A stretch of DNA of 64,000 nt from a virus: the IMG/VR virus record IMGVR_UViG_3300032288_004815, positions 1-64,000 of that record. The stretch is one strand, 5' to 3'. Every line of letters begins with the position of its first letter. The stretch's first letter is position 1. The translations under genes and the position numbers were made by a program. Below, piece by piece: positions 47,802 to 57,276 of this stretch. A model generated the notes under the pieces. The model saw only the letters and a program-made list of their open reading frames with translations, made no database searches and was not told the origin of the DNA.

Positions 47802-48898
47802 GAGCTCGTGAATTTGTTAGAGTCCAGCCGCAAGGCACTTTGACTATATTTGATATAGACGATACACTGATGCATACCACTGCCAAGATTCGTGTAGTGC
47901 GTGATGGCAAAACTGTTAAAGAATTAACTAATCAGCAATTTAACAATTATCGACTCCAACCTGGTGAAGAATTTGATTTCGGTGAATTTAGAGACGCAGA
48001 AAAATTTGCTCAAGAAAGCACACCAATTAAACCAATGATTCGCGAACTCAAAGCTATACTAGCTTATACTCGTGGCCGTGTTATCATGTTGACTGCTAGG
48101 GCTGATTTTGATGATCGCGACACTTTTATTGACACTTTCCAACGATTAGGCATTGACATGAGTCGTGTGCATGTTCATCGTGCAGGCAATTTGCCTGGTA
48201 ATGAAAATCCTGCTTATAAAAAGGCAGTTTGGGTTCGTAGATACTTGGACACTGGCAAATATCGTCAGGTAAGTTTGTATGACGACAGCATGACCAATCT
48301 TCGTGTGTTTAAAGAACTGGCTGCAGAATATCCCCAAGTAACTTTTAATGCTTACTATATTGGGCCCAAAGGTGCTGCCACTGAAGTTGAAGAAGATTAT
48401 CATCCAAATGATACGCCTCCGGGTCCAGAATTTAAACCTACCATGCCCAAAGGAACAGTGAGAGTTGATGTGTCGGATGTGTATGACTGGTACAAACTAG
48501 GGCAGCATATCAGCAATTTAAAGGGACTAGGTCGCCATGACTTTGGACAAGGGCCGCCAAGCACTATTTTTTCTTTTGGCAGTGAAGATGAAGAACATGA
48601 GTATATCAAAGACCTTGAAAAAACAGGACTCACTACCACAGACATAGATCCAGTTGACCCCAATCAACCAAAAGGCATGAAGCGTCAAAAAACTGATCCC
48701 ACATACAATGTGGGCGAAAACTTTGCTGACGGCCGCAACCCTGGACGCAAAGGACTAAGCCAGCGTGTGGGAATTCCCAAAGGTGCTTCCATAGCACAAC
48801 TTGAAAAACTTAAGAACGCTGAAGGCGAACGAGGTCGTATGGCTCGCTGGCAATTGAACATGCGTCGAGGTAAAAATCGTGCAGGATCTAAGAATTGA
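47798..48898 (+). CDS. Mosaic protein: HAD phosphatase + two short modules
   Basis: IFDIDDTL, LTAR, K, YDDS..N; then VEE/DYHP.. and VGE/NFADG.. modules. Confidence 0.7.
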   Translation: MRAREFVRVQPQGTLTIFDIDDTLMHTTAKIRVVRDGKTVKELTNQQFNNYRLQPGEEFDFGEFRDAEKFAQESTPIKPMIRELKAILAYTRGRVIMLTARADFDDRDTFIDTFQRLGIDMSRVHVHRAGNLPGNENPAYKKAVWVRRYLDTGKYRQVSLYDDSMTNLRVFKELAAEYPQVTFNAYYIGPKGAATEVEEDYHPNDTPPGPEFKPTMPKGTVRVDVSDVYDWYKLGQHISNLKGLGRHDFGQGPPSTIFSFGSEDEEHEYIKDLEKTGLTTTDIDPVDPNQPKGMKRQKTDPTYNVGENFADGRNPGRKGLSQRVGIPKGASIAQLEKLKNAEGERGRMARWQLNMRRGKNRAGSKN

Positions 48899-49157
48899 AG
48901 TTGATGTCTATTGCAACTGGCAAACTGAGCCACAGGCCTATAGACTATACATAGACAACGATTTATACACTGAACGCACTTATATTTGGCGCAACCCTCA
49001 TCAGTGGGTGCGTGAAATACTGATAGCAGAACTGACCCCAGGTTCACACTCTATTACTTTGCAGCCTGTAAACAATCAATTCAATGGATTTACACTGGTA
49101 AACTTTGCTGTTGACAACAAGTTTCAAATGTTAGAAAATGGCAAGTTTACAATTTAA
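48879..49157 (+). CDS. Hypothetical beta-rich protein
   Basis: YRLYIDNDLYTERTYIW. Confidence 0.6.
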   Translation: MQDLRIEVDVYCNWQTEPQAYRLYIDNDLYTERTYIWRNPHQWVREILIAELTPGSHSITLQPVNNQFNGFTLVNFAVDNKFQMLENGKFTI

Positions 49158-49186
49158 ACTAAATATACAATATCTGGGATAAAAAT

Positions 49187-50077
49187 ATGAAAAGTTCACA
49201 ATTTTTAGGCGAAAATTTTGTTGAAGACGCACATTCAGTTCATCAAGATCACGAAGTACAAATGGCTCGTGAAGAATTATATCACTCAGCAGAATACGCA
49301 TTAAGATTACACAAGTTATTACGCAATGTTGATGAACAACAAGGTTTAGAAGGGTGGGTCAGCAGTAAAATTACATTGGCCAGCGACTATCTGAAAACTG
49401 TGTTGGAATACATGGAATACGAACTAATGACTGCGGCTAATCAGCAAACTATGTTACCTATAGCCGAAAATATGCAGCAAGGTGTGGCGGAAGGCTCCGA
49501 ACAAGATGATCGTTATAAAGGTATAACACCTGGAAATGGCAGGAGTGCCGCAAGAAATGCTCATAGATTAGGAAAAACTTATAATAATCCGCACAACCCT
49601 AAGTACCATAAAGCAGCACATGCGGAATGGGAAAAAGAGTATAACAACGAAATAGCACGCCTAAAGAAGAAAAGTGTGGCGGAAGACATGTCTCGAAGAG
49701 TAGCAATTGGACCCGATGGTCAAGTGACAGGAGGTTATCAACCAAGCACTTCTGGTGAACCTGTAGCAACTCAACCAAAAAGTCCTGAAGAAATTGAATT
49801 TGATAAAAAACAAGCAGACTGGCAAAAGCAAAAACAAGAAAATTTATATCAACAAAAATTAAACAATTACATGCGTGGTGATAATAGAGGCGCAGGCTTT
49901 GGTTTTCAACCGAGACCAGAAGATATAGAAAAAGCCAATGCAGCGAGATCAAAATTAGGGATAAACGAAATGTCTGCTGGCAGTGTTGCAACTGTAGTTA
50001 ATCCAACGCCCAAAAACAAAGCAAAAACAGGCACACTGTTTGGTGGTACTTATAAACAACCTAAGGCTAAAAAGTAA
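49187..50077 (+). CDS. Mosaic protein with two GVAE-type junctions
   Basis: DHEVQMAREELY..WVSSKITLASDYL module; QQGVAEG; KSVAED; INE/MSAGSVATV. Confidence 0.7.
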   Translation: MKSSQFLGENFVEDAHSVHQDHEVQMAREELYHSAEYALRLHKLLRNVDEQQGLEGWVSSKITLASDYLKTVLEYMEYELMTAANQQTMLPIAENMQQGVAEGSEQDDRYKGITPGNGRSAARNAHRLGKTYNNPHNPKYHKAAHAEWEKEYNNEIARLKKKSVAEDMSRRVAIGPDGQVTGGYQPSTSGEPVATQPKSPEEIEFDKKQADWQKQKQENLYQQKLNNYMRGDNRGAGFGFQPRPEDIEKANAARSKLGINEMSAGSVATVVNPTPKNKAKTGTLFGGTYKQPKAKK

Positions 50078-53000
50078 TGCAGGATAAAAATAATCAAGAT
50101 TTTAAAAAAAAATCTTTTAGTGATTATTTTAAAACTTTAGAATCCAGTCACGAGTTTACAAATGAGCAGGCAAGACCGAAGCCCAGCACAGTAGATCAAC
50201 CTAGACCGGGCACTGCACCAACTAGACCTTCACAACCAATACAGGGTCCAAGTCAAGTAAGACCTCCAGGAACAACAGCAGCACCTTCTACGGCTGTAGT
50301 TAGACCTGTACCTACTGCAACCGCACCTGCTCCAGCCGCTGCCCCAGCTGCCGCTGCACCAGCTGGTCAATCTACTAGCACTTTAGGTAGAATTGCTCAG
50401 TCTGTGGCACCTTATGTGGCCAGAGCTGGCGCAGCAATAACCGGTGCATTAACACCAGGTAATGTGGGTCAGCAATACGATTTTCCTCAACAGGGTCCAC
50501 TGCGAGGGTCTGAACTTAATCCGTTAACTAATAAACCGTGGACTAAACAAGAGTTAGACTTATACAAAGCTGATCCCACAAAGTTCCTAAGACCACCTCA
50601 GCAACAACCATCAGCTGATGTCAGAAGACCAGAGCTAGACGATCCATTAAGAAGACAGCCTGCAACTAGACCAGCTGCGCCACAATCTGTGCCTACTTCC
50701 AGTGCAGAAATTAAAGCATTGCAAGATAGATTAAGACAAGCAGGTGCAAATATTAGAACAGATGGAATAATGGGCCCACAAACACGACTGGCCATGCAAC
50801 AGTTTCCGCAAGCTGTTCAACCAGCAGTATCTCAACCTGCTGGATCAGCTACTAGTGCAAGAAGACCAGAACTAGATGATCCATTAAGAAGGCAACCAGT
50901 TAGGCAACCTGTAATTGAGCCAGAACAAAGAGCAGATGTCAGAAGACCAGAACTAGATGATCCATTAAGAAGGCAACCAGTTGCTGTACAAAGTCCAACA
51001 ACCGCAGTTTCTCAAGTAACAGTACCGTCAGACGGTATAGTCCCAACAGGATTACCTATGCCTAGGCCGCCTATAGTGAGACCAGGGCCGTTAACTCCAC
51101 AACCTCCGCCAGGCACACCTGTACCTCCTATTAAGCCTGTCCCTGGCACACCAATACCGCCAAGGCCCGTAGAACAACCAGTACCAGAGCCAAGACCACC
51201 AATAACACCTGTGCCTGGAACACCAATTCCCCCAAGACCGCAACCCGCTCCAGCACCCGCTCCAGCACCAGGTCCTGCACCAGCACCAAGGCCACCAATT
51301 CCTTTACCTGAGCCGGTTACACCTCCAGGACCTCCTACTAGGCCGCAACCAGCGCCGGCTCCTGCTCCAGCACCAAGACCAGAACCAGTAAAACCAACAG
51401 AACCGGTGCCAGCGGCGCCCAGTCCACCATCTGAGTCACCGCCACAAGCTCCTCCTGTGGCGCCACCTAGACCTCTTAGAGTTCCAACAGAAAGACCTGC
51501 AGAACAACCTGCTCCAGCACCTGCTCCGGCTCCAGCACCTGCAGGACCTAAACCACAACCTATGCCAACAGGAGAAACGCCTGCACCTGCTGCTCCTCCT
51601 GTGCCCCCTGCTCCACCAGCTCCACCACTTCCCCCTGAGCCAGGTCCTGTCCCTCCTATTAAGCCTGTACCTCCACCAGAACCAGGCCCGCCTCCTGCCA
51701 CACAACAACCGCCAGCATCTGCGCCCCCAGTTAGACCAGTGCCTGTACCTGTTACACCCGGTGAACCTGAACAGCGCAGAAATTTAGATTTTTGGCGCTG
51801 GGGCGGGCAAAAATCAGGGCCTCCAGGTGCTTATAGGTCTGACAAAGAAATGGGCTATAGAGAAAGTTTTGAACACATGACCGACATGCAGAAAAGCATT
51901 TACATAGTTGAATCTATGTCAAAAGCTGAACAAAAATCAACAGGACCAAAGTTTCCAGGTTATTGGAAAGGCACAGATCCTGCCAGTATGAGTCGCAATA
52001 GAATGGTGGGCGGCAGCGAACAACAGCAAGAAAATATACTCAGTGATTTAGAAAGCACAATGAAAAAAACTAGGACACTGAAACAGTTAAAAGAAAAATG
52101 GCAAAAATTTAAAGAAGGCGATGTAATTTCCTTTCCAAGTAGCTCCTCCAATGATCCCAAATTTAAAAATTTAAGTATAGTTCCCACTGAGCCTGCAACT
52201 GCCGGCACTACATCACCACCGTTGGCAGAACCATCAGGTGTTCAATCAGCAACTGGCAAACCCACAACAAGTTCTACAACTGGCCAATCGACTGTAAAAC
52301 CAGAGATGTCTGTGGGAGATCGATATAGACAAAATTTAGGAGCTGTGCCTAATACACAATCAAGTGCTGCTCAATCAAGTGCTGTTCAAACTACAGGGAA
52401 ACCTAGTAATGTTGTTGAATTACCTAAAAGCACAGTATCTACTTCTACCACAACAGGAGCGGCGCCTGCTCAATCCAGTAATGTTGTGCAGATGCCTAGA
52501 TCAGCCCCGGCTGCTGCCGGCTCTTCAATTTTAAAAGGTATTGGGCAAACTGCATCAAAAGTTCTCGGGCCATTGGGAGTAGTGGGATTGGCAACAAACG
52601 CAGCGGCCGTGGCAGATTATGTGCAAAGTCCTGAAGTAGATTTAGGCCGCAGACTAGCTTCTGGTGAAGGATCGGCAGCAGAAAAACACGCTGCCTGGCT
52701 TCAAAAAAGTACAAACATAAGTCAGTACACCCCAACAGCACAGGAAGCTGCAAATTTACTGGCCAGCGGTGATAAAAGAACCATTGATATCTTTGGTGGA
52801 CAAGATAAATTAAAGCAACTGGCGGGCACAACAAAAGCTGCTGAACCCAGTGCTGGTAGTGTAGATAAGATTGTACAAAAAGCCGTTGATGTTGTAAATC
52901 CAAAACAATATCAATACAATCAATTGACTCCAGCGCAACTTGAATACATAAAAAAACGATATGCTGAAGCAGGACAAGGCGCAGGTAGTGATGCACAAAG

Positions 53001-54456
53001 AGTAATTTCAAATGCATTAGACTTTAATAACTTACCAGCAAATAACAGAGAAGCAATTTTTAAATCTTTAGAAGATCCTCGCATTAAACAAGAAATTCAA
53101 CAGTTAGAAAAATCAATGCCACAAAGACCTGGAAGCATAACTAGCACGCAGCCAGGAGCTAAACCATATGGCAACACTGTATTGGATGTAACAGATTCCA
53201 ATTCTGTGGCTGAATACAATAGAATAATTGGTGGTAGGGAGGGAGGAGCAAAAGGATATGATGCTGCATTTATAGCTCCAGGTTATAAAACTCCTGAACA
53301 ATGGTCTAAACAAACATTGGGAGTAGCAAAGAAATTATCTGACATGACATTAGATGAAGTTTTGCGATATCAAAAATTCAGAGGACCTCAGGACAATGCA
53401 GCTGGCAAATATGGTATGGTGCAAAGCACAGTGTTTGGAGAACTTAGAAACGGCAAATTTACCGGTTTAATAAATGATTTGGGAATAACTCCAGAAAATC
53501 TAAAAAGTCAAAAGTTTAGTTCTGATTTTCAAGAACGCCTCCAAGCTGCATTATTCCAAAGACAACAGGCTTCACTTCGACAAAATGGATTAGAATTAAC
53601 TCCTGCAAACCTATATGGATCACATAGTATAGGTGCTGGAGGTCATGCTCAGGTAATGCAAGCAGCAAAAACACAACCCAATACACCAGTAGTTGAAATA
53701 TTAGCTAATAATGCAGCAACAGCTAGAAATTTACAACCAGGATCTCGAGCATACAATGAATTTGTTAAGAAGCACAGCGAGTTTCTAACTAAAAGAAATC
53801 CACACCTACTTACTCCAGCAGGACAGTGGTATAATAGAATGGTGCAGATAGTTGATAATAAAACTGCGGTAAGGGAAACAAGAATGACAAACAAAAAAGA
53901 TGTGGCTGACAGATATAGTTTTGATGAGTTTGACGATTTAGTAAGAAGATTAGGTCAACGGGCTAAAGAACAAGAACGCCGATATGGTCCGGTGGATATC
54001 AAACAATTAGCACAAAGACTGCGCGACATTGCCGACAAGGATGACAAGCCTATCAAAGAACAAGACCCGGCAACTGATCCCACTCGTCAGTCAACTTCAC
54101 CAACTTTACAGGCTACTAGTGCCAACCAACAGGACACTAATCCAAATCAACAGATCACAAGCCAGACTGGCACTAGTCAAGAGCGTAAAGAAAAACAAGC
54201 ACAAGCACAAGACACTGCCACTGCTAAAACCATGGCCAGTAGTTTGACCACAGTTGTTCCTCCTGGAACTAACACAAACGCATTGGCGCAGGCCATAGTA
54301 AATACAAATGACGGTAGACCTTTAAGTGCCGACCAACAAAAAGCTATCAGTGTATTACAACCATTGGTTTTAAAAGCAGCAGAAACTCCAACAACTGCTA
54401 GCGCATTAGGTAGTGCTTTGCAAAAAGCTGGTATGTTAAGTAAACAAGGAAAATAA
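50077..54456 (+). CDS. Large Pro-rich mosaic protein with peptidoglycan-binding and lysozyme-like domains
   Basis: IKALQDRL..DGIMGPQTRLAM (PG-binding); about 240-aa Pro tract; REGG..YDA..LSDMTLDEV..AAGKY (lysozyme-like). Confidence 0.7.
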   Translation: MQDKNNQDFKKKSFSDYFKTLESSHEFTNEQARPKPSTVDQPRPGTAPTRPSQPIQGPSQVRPPGTTAAPSTAVVRPVPTATAPAPAAAPAAAAPAGQSTSTLGRIAQSVAPYVARAGAAITGALTPGNVGQQYDFPQQGPLRGSELNPLTNKPWTKQELDLYKADPTKFLRPPQQQPSADVRRPELDDPLRRQPATRPAAPQSVPTSSAEIKALQDRLRQAGANIRTDGIMGPQTRLAMQQFPQAVQPAVSQPAGSATSARRPELDDPLRRQPVRQPVIEPEQRADVRRPELDDPLRRQPVAVQSPTTAVSQVTVPSDGIVPTGLPMPRPPIVRPGPLTPQPPPGTPVPPIKPVPGTPIPPRPVEQPVPEPRPPITPVPGTPIPPRPQPAPAPAPAPGPAPAPRPPIPLPEPVTPPGPPTRPQPAPAPAPAPRPEPVKPTEPVPAAPSPPSESPPQAPPVAPPRPLRVPTERPAEQPAPAPAPAPAPAGPKPQPMPTGETPAPAAPPVPPAPPAPPLPPEPGPVPPIKPVPPPEPGPPPATQQPPASAPPVRPVPVPVTPGEPEQRRNLDFWRWGGQKSGPPGAYRSDKEMGYRESFEHMTDMQKSIYIVESMSKAEQKSTGPKFPGYWKGTDPASMSRNRMVGGSEQQQENILSDLESTMKKTRTLKQLKEKWQKFKEGDVISFPSSSSNDPKFKNLSIVPTEPATAGTTSPPLAEPSGVQSATGKPTTSSTTGQSTVKPEMSVGDRYRQNLGAVPNTQSSAAQSSAVQTTGKPSNVVELPKSTVSTSTTTGAAPAQSSNVVQMPRSAPAAAGSSILKGIGQTASKVLGPLGVVGLATNAAAVADYVQSPEVDLGRRLASGEGSAAEKHAAWLQKSTNISQYTPTAQEAANLLASGDKRTIDIFGGQDKLKQLAGTTKAAEPSAGSVDKIVQKAVDVVNPKQYQYNQLTPAQLEYIKKRYAEAGQGAGSDAQRVISNALDFNNLPANNREAIFKSLEDPRIKQEIQQLEKSMPQRPGSITSTQPGAKPYGNTVLDVTDSNSVAEYNRIIGGREGGAKGYDAAFIAPGYKTPEQWSKQTLGVAKKLSDMTLDEVLRYQKFRGPQDNAAGKYGMVQSTVFGELRNGKFTGLINDLGITPENLKSQKFSSDFQERLQAALFQRQQASLRQNGLELTPANLYGSHSIGAGGHAQVMQAAKTQPNTPVVEILANNAATARNLQPGSRAYNEFVKKHSEFLTKRNPHLLTPAGQWYNRMVQIVDNKTAVRETRMTNKKDVADRYSFDEFDDLVRRLGQRAKEQERRYGPVDIKQLAQRLRDIADKDDKPIKEQDPATDPTRQSTSPTLQATSANQQDTNPNQQITSQTGTSQERKEKQAQAQDTATAKTMASSLTTVVPPGTNTNALAQAIVNTNDGRPLSADQQKAISVLQPLVLKAAETPTTASALGSALQKAGMLSKQGK
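50623..50982 (+). repeat. Three copies of RRPELDDPLRRQP (about 42 bp)
   Basis: At 50623, 50860, 50941; last two identical over 42 bp. Confidence 0.9.
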
Positions 54457-54460
54457 AATT

Positions 54461-56416
54461 ATGTTTCTCTCGGATTTATACAATAAAAGAAATGTAAATG
54501 AAAACATAAGTCCCATTGATTTGGCAGAACTGTTGTTTAATGCAGTGCTGAAAAACTTTCCTGAAGCAATCACTCGCTATGGTCACGAAGTAGTAGGTGA
54601 TGCTGTGTTAGATTATGCCGAAGAAGCCACAGATTTGCGTAGCATGAGTGACATTGATATTGCTGCACAAGAAATATTAGACGACTTAGCAAACTATCAA
54701 GGAGATCGTACTAACGAACTAGAACCTGAAAAAAATAATGCTATTTCTGAAAATCTACGCAAATGGTTCAAAGAAAAATGGGTTCGTTTTGGTCCTGATG
54801 GTAAGATACGGGGAGCTTGTGCAAGGGGCGACGACAGCGAAGGCAAACCAAAGTGTTTACCACAAAGTAAAGCCCATGCATTAGGTAAAGCAGGTCGTGC
54901 CAGTGCAGCGGCAAGAAAACGCAGACAAGATCCAAATCCTGAACGCAGTGGTGCAGCTATCAATGTTGCCACTAAAAAGAAATCAAACGAAGGTGTGGCG
55001 GAGGGCTTCAGTGTAGTAAAAAGTGACTATGACTTAGATCAGATGGTGCTGACTTTTGACATTGAAGGTCCGCGTAAAGGCAAACCTTTACAGTTCACCT
55101 ACTGGGACTATGACGAAGATTTCGCCAACGCTGAACGCCGAGATGTGTTCGATCAACTGCAACAACAATCCTGGTATGCGGGTCTGGATCATCCTACCAA
55201 GATGGAAATACTTGATGCATCATACAAGGCTATCAGAGGTGAAGAACCCAGCGAATACAAACCTACAGTAGATGATGAACCTTTGGACGAACAAGGTGTG
55301 TCGGAAGGCTCTCTAGATGAACTACATGCTGACATGTCAAATGTATATAATAAACTTGCTCCCGGAATTGAAAAATACAAAGATAAATCTGGTGCCGATA
55401 AATTATATCAATCATTATTTTCAGTGGCACAACAACACGGTGCTAGCGCCATATTTGAATTCAAAAGAATGTTAAATAACGCCAGAAATAGTGCTCATAT
55501 GGACTATGATACTAATCCCGGTGGGTTCGAAAATTGGTTCTGGTATTTGCCATTCGCAGATGACGAGCAAGGTGTAGCAGAAGGCTTACAGCAGACTTTA
55601 CGCAAGATTGTCCCTGGATATGCCAAGCGTGAGATTGATAAAAAGATGGACACTGGAAAGTTTGGTAAGACTGATGCAGATAAAGATGCAAACTTCTATC
55701 GTTATAAAAAGATCCAAGACAAGATCAAAGGGCAAGGTATAGTGGAAGAAAAATGTCCACATTGTGGTGGCCCTTCCTTTAACAATTTAATTTTAGCAGA
55801 AAAACAGGATGCTTGTTATCACAAGGTAAAAAGTAGATACAAAGTATGGCCCAGTGCTTACGCTAGTGGTGCATTGGTTCAGTGTCGCAAAAAAGGTGCA
55901 GCCAATTGGGGCAAAAAGAAAACCAATGAGACTAAACAGCCGAGCTTGGATTCAGACACAGTTAAAAGATTACAAAATTACCTTAATATTAAGTTTGGAG
56001 CAAATTTAGATGTAGATGGCGTATTAGGCAATCTTACAAAAAAATCTATCAAGAAATTTATGAAAAAAACAAAAACTAAACTTGCTCCTGAGCCAGATAG
56101 AACCACCGCAGTACAGGGTAAGACAAAAAAAGTAAATGAAACAAGATTTTATTTTTATCCAAAAGCCACAGATGCCAGCACACTGGTCAACGAGTTTAAG
56201 TTAACCAAAGACAACCAAGGTTGGTACTTAACTGAATCACAAGGACCTGCAGCAGTGCTAGAAGCACAACGAGCATTTGGTATTCCAAAAATCAAAGAAG
56301 TCAAATTAAAAGAATTTAATCTGGCAGCTTTCAGTGGCAGTGCTGCAATTAAAGGCGATGACAATGTACTAAGTCCCATTGGCAGCAAGGCATTGAAAGG
56401 TCGTAAACATGCGTAA
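54461..56416 (+). CDS. Mosaic polyprotein-like ORF with four GVAEG-type junctions and a PG-binding-like module
   Basis: EGVAEG, QGVSEG, QGVAEG, QGIVEE; WFKEKWV..KPKCLP; DACYHKVKSRYKVWPSAYASGALVQCRK; VKRLQNYL..LDVDGVLG. Confidence 0.7.
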   Translation: MFLSDLYNKRNVNENISPIDLAELLFNAVLKNFPEAITRYGHEVVGDAVLDYAEEATDLRSMSDIDIAAQEILDDLANYQGDRTNELEPEKNNAISENLRKWFKEKWVRFGPDGKIRGACARGDDSEGKPKCLPQSKAHALGKAGRASAAARKRRQDPNPERSGAAINVATKKKSNEGVAEGFSVVKSDYDLDQMVLTFDIEGPRKGKPLQFTYWDYDEDFANAERRDVFDQLQQQSWYAGLDHPTKMEILDASYKAIRGEEPSEYKPTVDDEPLDEQGVSEGSLDELHADMSNVYNKLAPGIEKYKDKSGADKLYQSLFSVAQQHGASAIFEFKRMLNNARNSAHMDYDTNPGGFENWFWYLPFADDEQGVAEGLQQTLRKIVPGYAKREIDKKMDTGKFGKTDADKDANFYRYKKIQDKIKGQGIVEEKCPHCGGPSFNNLILAEKQDACYHKVKSRYKVWPSAYASGALVQCRKKGAANWGKKKTNETKQPSLDSDTVKRLQNYLNIKFGANLDVDGVLGNLTKKSIKKFMKKTKTKLAPEPDRTTAVQGKTKKVNETRFYFYPKATDASTLVNEFKLTKDNQGWYLTESQGPAAVLEAQRAFGIPKIKEVKLKEFNLAAFSGSAAIKGDDNVLSPIGSKALKGRKHA

Positions 56417-56837
56417 CTTTATTAATATCATGGAGGCAGCAGCAAAAAACTGTCCTGTGGCCACACACAACATTGATGTTAATCTTAAAAATAGGCAAAA
56501 AGCTATAGATTCTTATCATTATGGTCCAGCTAATCCCGACAAACCCGACAACTACTGGCGGCAAGCAGCTAAAAGATTCAAAGTTTCTGAAGCAGTGGCC
56601 AAGACCATGCAGTGCGCTAACTGTGCAGCTTTTGATGTCAGTGACAGTATGCGTGAATGCATTGCCAGCGGTATTCGTGGCAGCGAAACAAACATTGATG
56701 CTAATGCTAGTATAAATATTGCAGACATAGGCTATTGTAATTTCCTGCATTTCAAATGTGCAGGAGCAAGAAGTTGTGCTGCATGGATCACCGGCGGACC
56801 AATTACAGAAAAAGACAAAAATAAAAAGGCAGCATAA
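56409..56837 (+). CDS. Cys-rich hypothetical protein
   Basis: YGPANP, CANCAAF, GYC..HFKC..RSC.AW. Confidence 0.65.
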   Translation: MRNFINIMEAAAKNCPVATHNIDVNLKNRQKAIDSYHYGPANPDKPDNYWRQAAKRFKVSEAVAKTMQCANCAAFDVSDSMRECIASGIRGSETNIDANASINIADIGYCNFLHFKCAGARSCAAWITGGPITEKDKNKKAA

Positions 56838-56838
56838 A

Positions 56839-57273
56839 ATGGAAGAATTAATTAAAGCTACGAAAATAGGATTCAGCAGTACTTTTAGTTTTTATTTAAA
56901 AGCACACTACTTTCACTGGAATGTTGAAGGATCTGACTTTTTAGAATATCATGAGTTGTTTGGTAAAATCTACGAAGAAGTATATGGCAGCATCGATGAT
57001 TTTGCCGAAAATATTCGTAAACTAGGCAGCTATACTCCTGGCAGTTACACAAGACTCAGTATGCTTAGTCAAATTGAAGATGAAACAGCAGTGCTGCCCA
57101 AAGATGCCATGGTAACTGAATTATTGGCAGACAATGATAAAATTCTTAAAATCATTAAACTTGTCTATGATTTAGCCGAACGCGAAGGACAACACGGGCT
57201 CAGCAACTTTTTAGCCGAGAGGCTAGATGCACATCAAAAGCATGGTTGGATGCTAAGAGCCAGTCTTAAATAA
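56839..57273 (+). CDS. dps: Dps ferritin-like DNA-protection protein
   Basis: HYFHWNVEG..F..YHELF..IYEE..IDDFAENIR; HQKHGWML. Confidence 0.92.
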   Translation: MEELIKATKIGFSSTFSFYLKAHYFHWNVEGSDFLEYHELFGKIYEEVYGSIDDFAENIRKLGSYTPGSYTRLSMLSQIEDETAVLPKDAMVTELLADNDKILKIIKLVYDLAEREGQHGLSNFLAERLDAHQKHGWMLRASLK

Positions 57274-57276
57274 TTG

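Larger units (their letters stand above)
49478..55750 (+). repeat. Dispersed in-frame 18-bp repeat family, consensus CAAGGTGTGGCGGAAGGC (QGVAEG)
   Basis: Copies at 49478, 49670, 54989, 55292, 55568, 55733 (last most degenerate). Confidence 0.85.

Noticed and set aside
51012-51701. 229-aa Gly-rich minus-strand ORF (collagen-like look)
   Set aside because: Antisense shadow of the Pro-rich CCN codons of the 50077 gene.
54989-55750. GVAEG repeat-spacer pattern as a CRISPR array
   Set aside because: Repeats are 18 bp and degenerate, spacers are 147-285 bp and in frame, and no cas genes are present.
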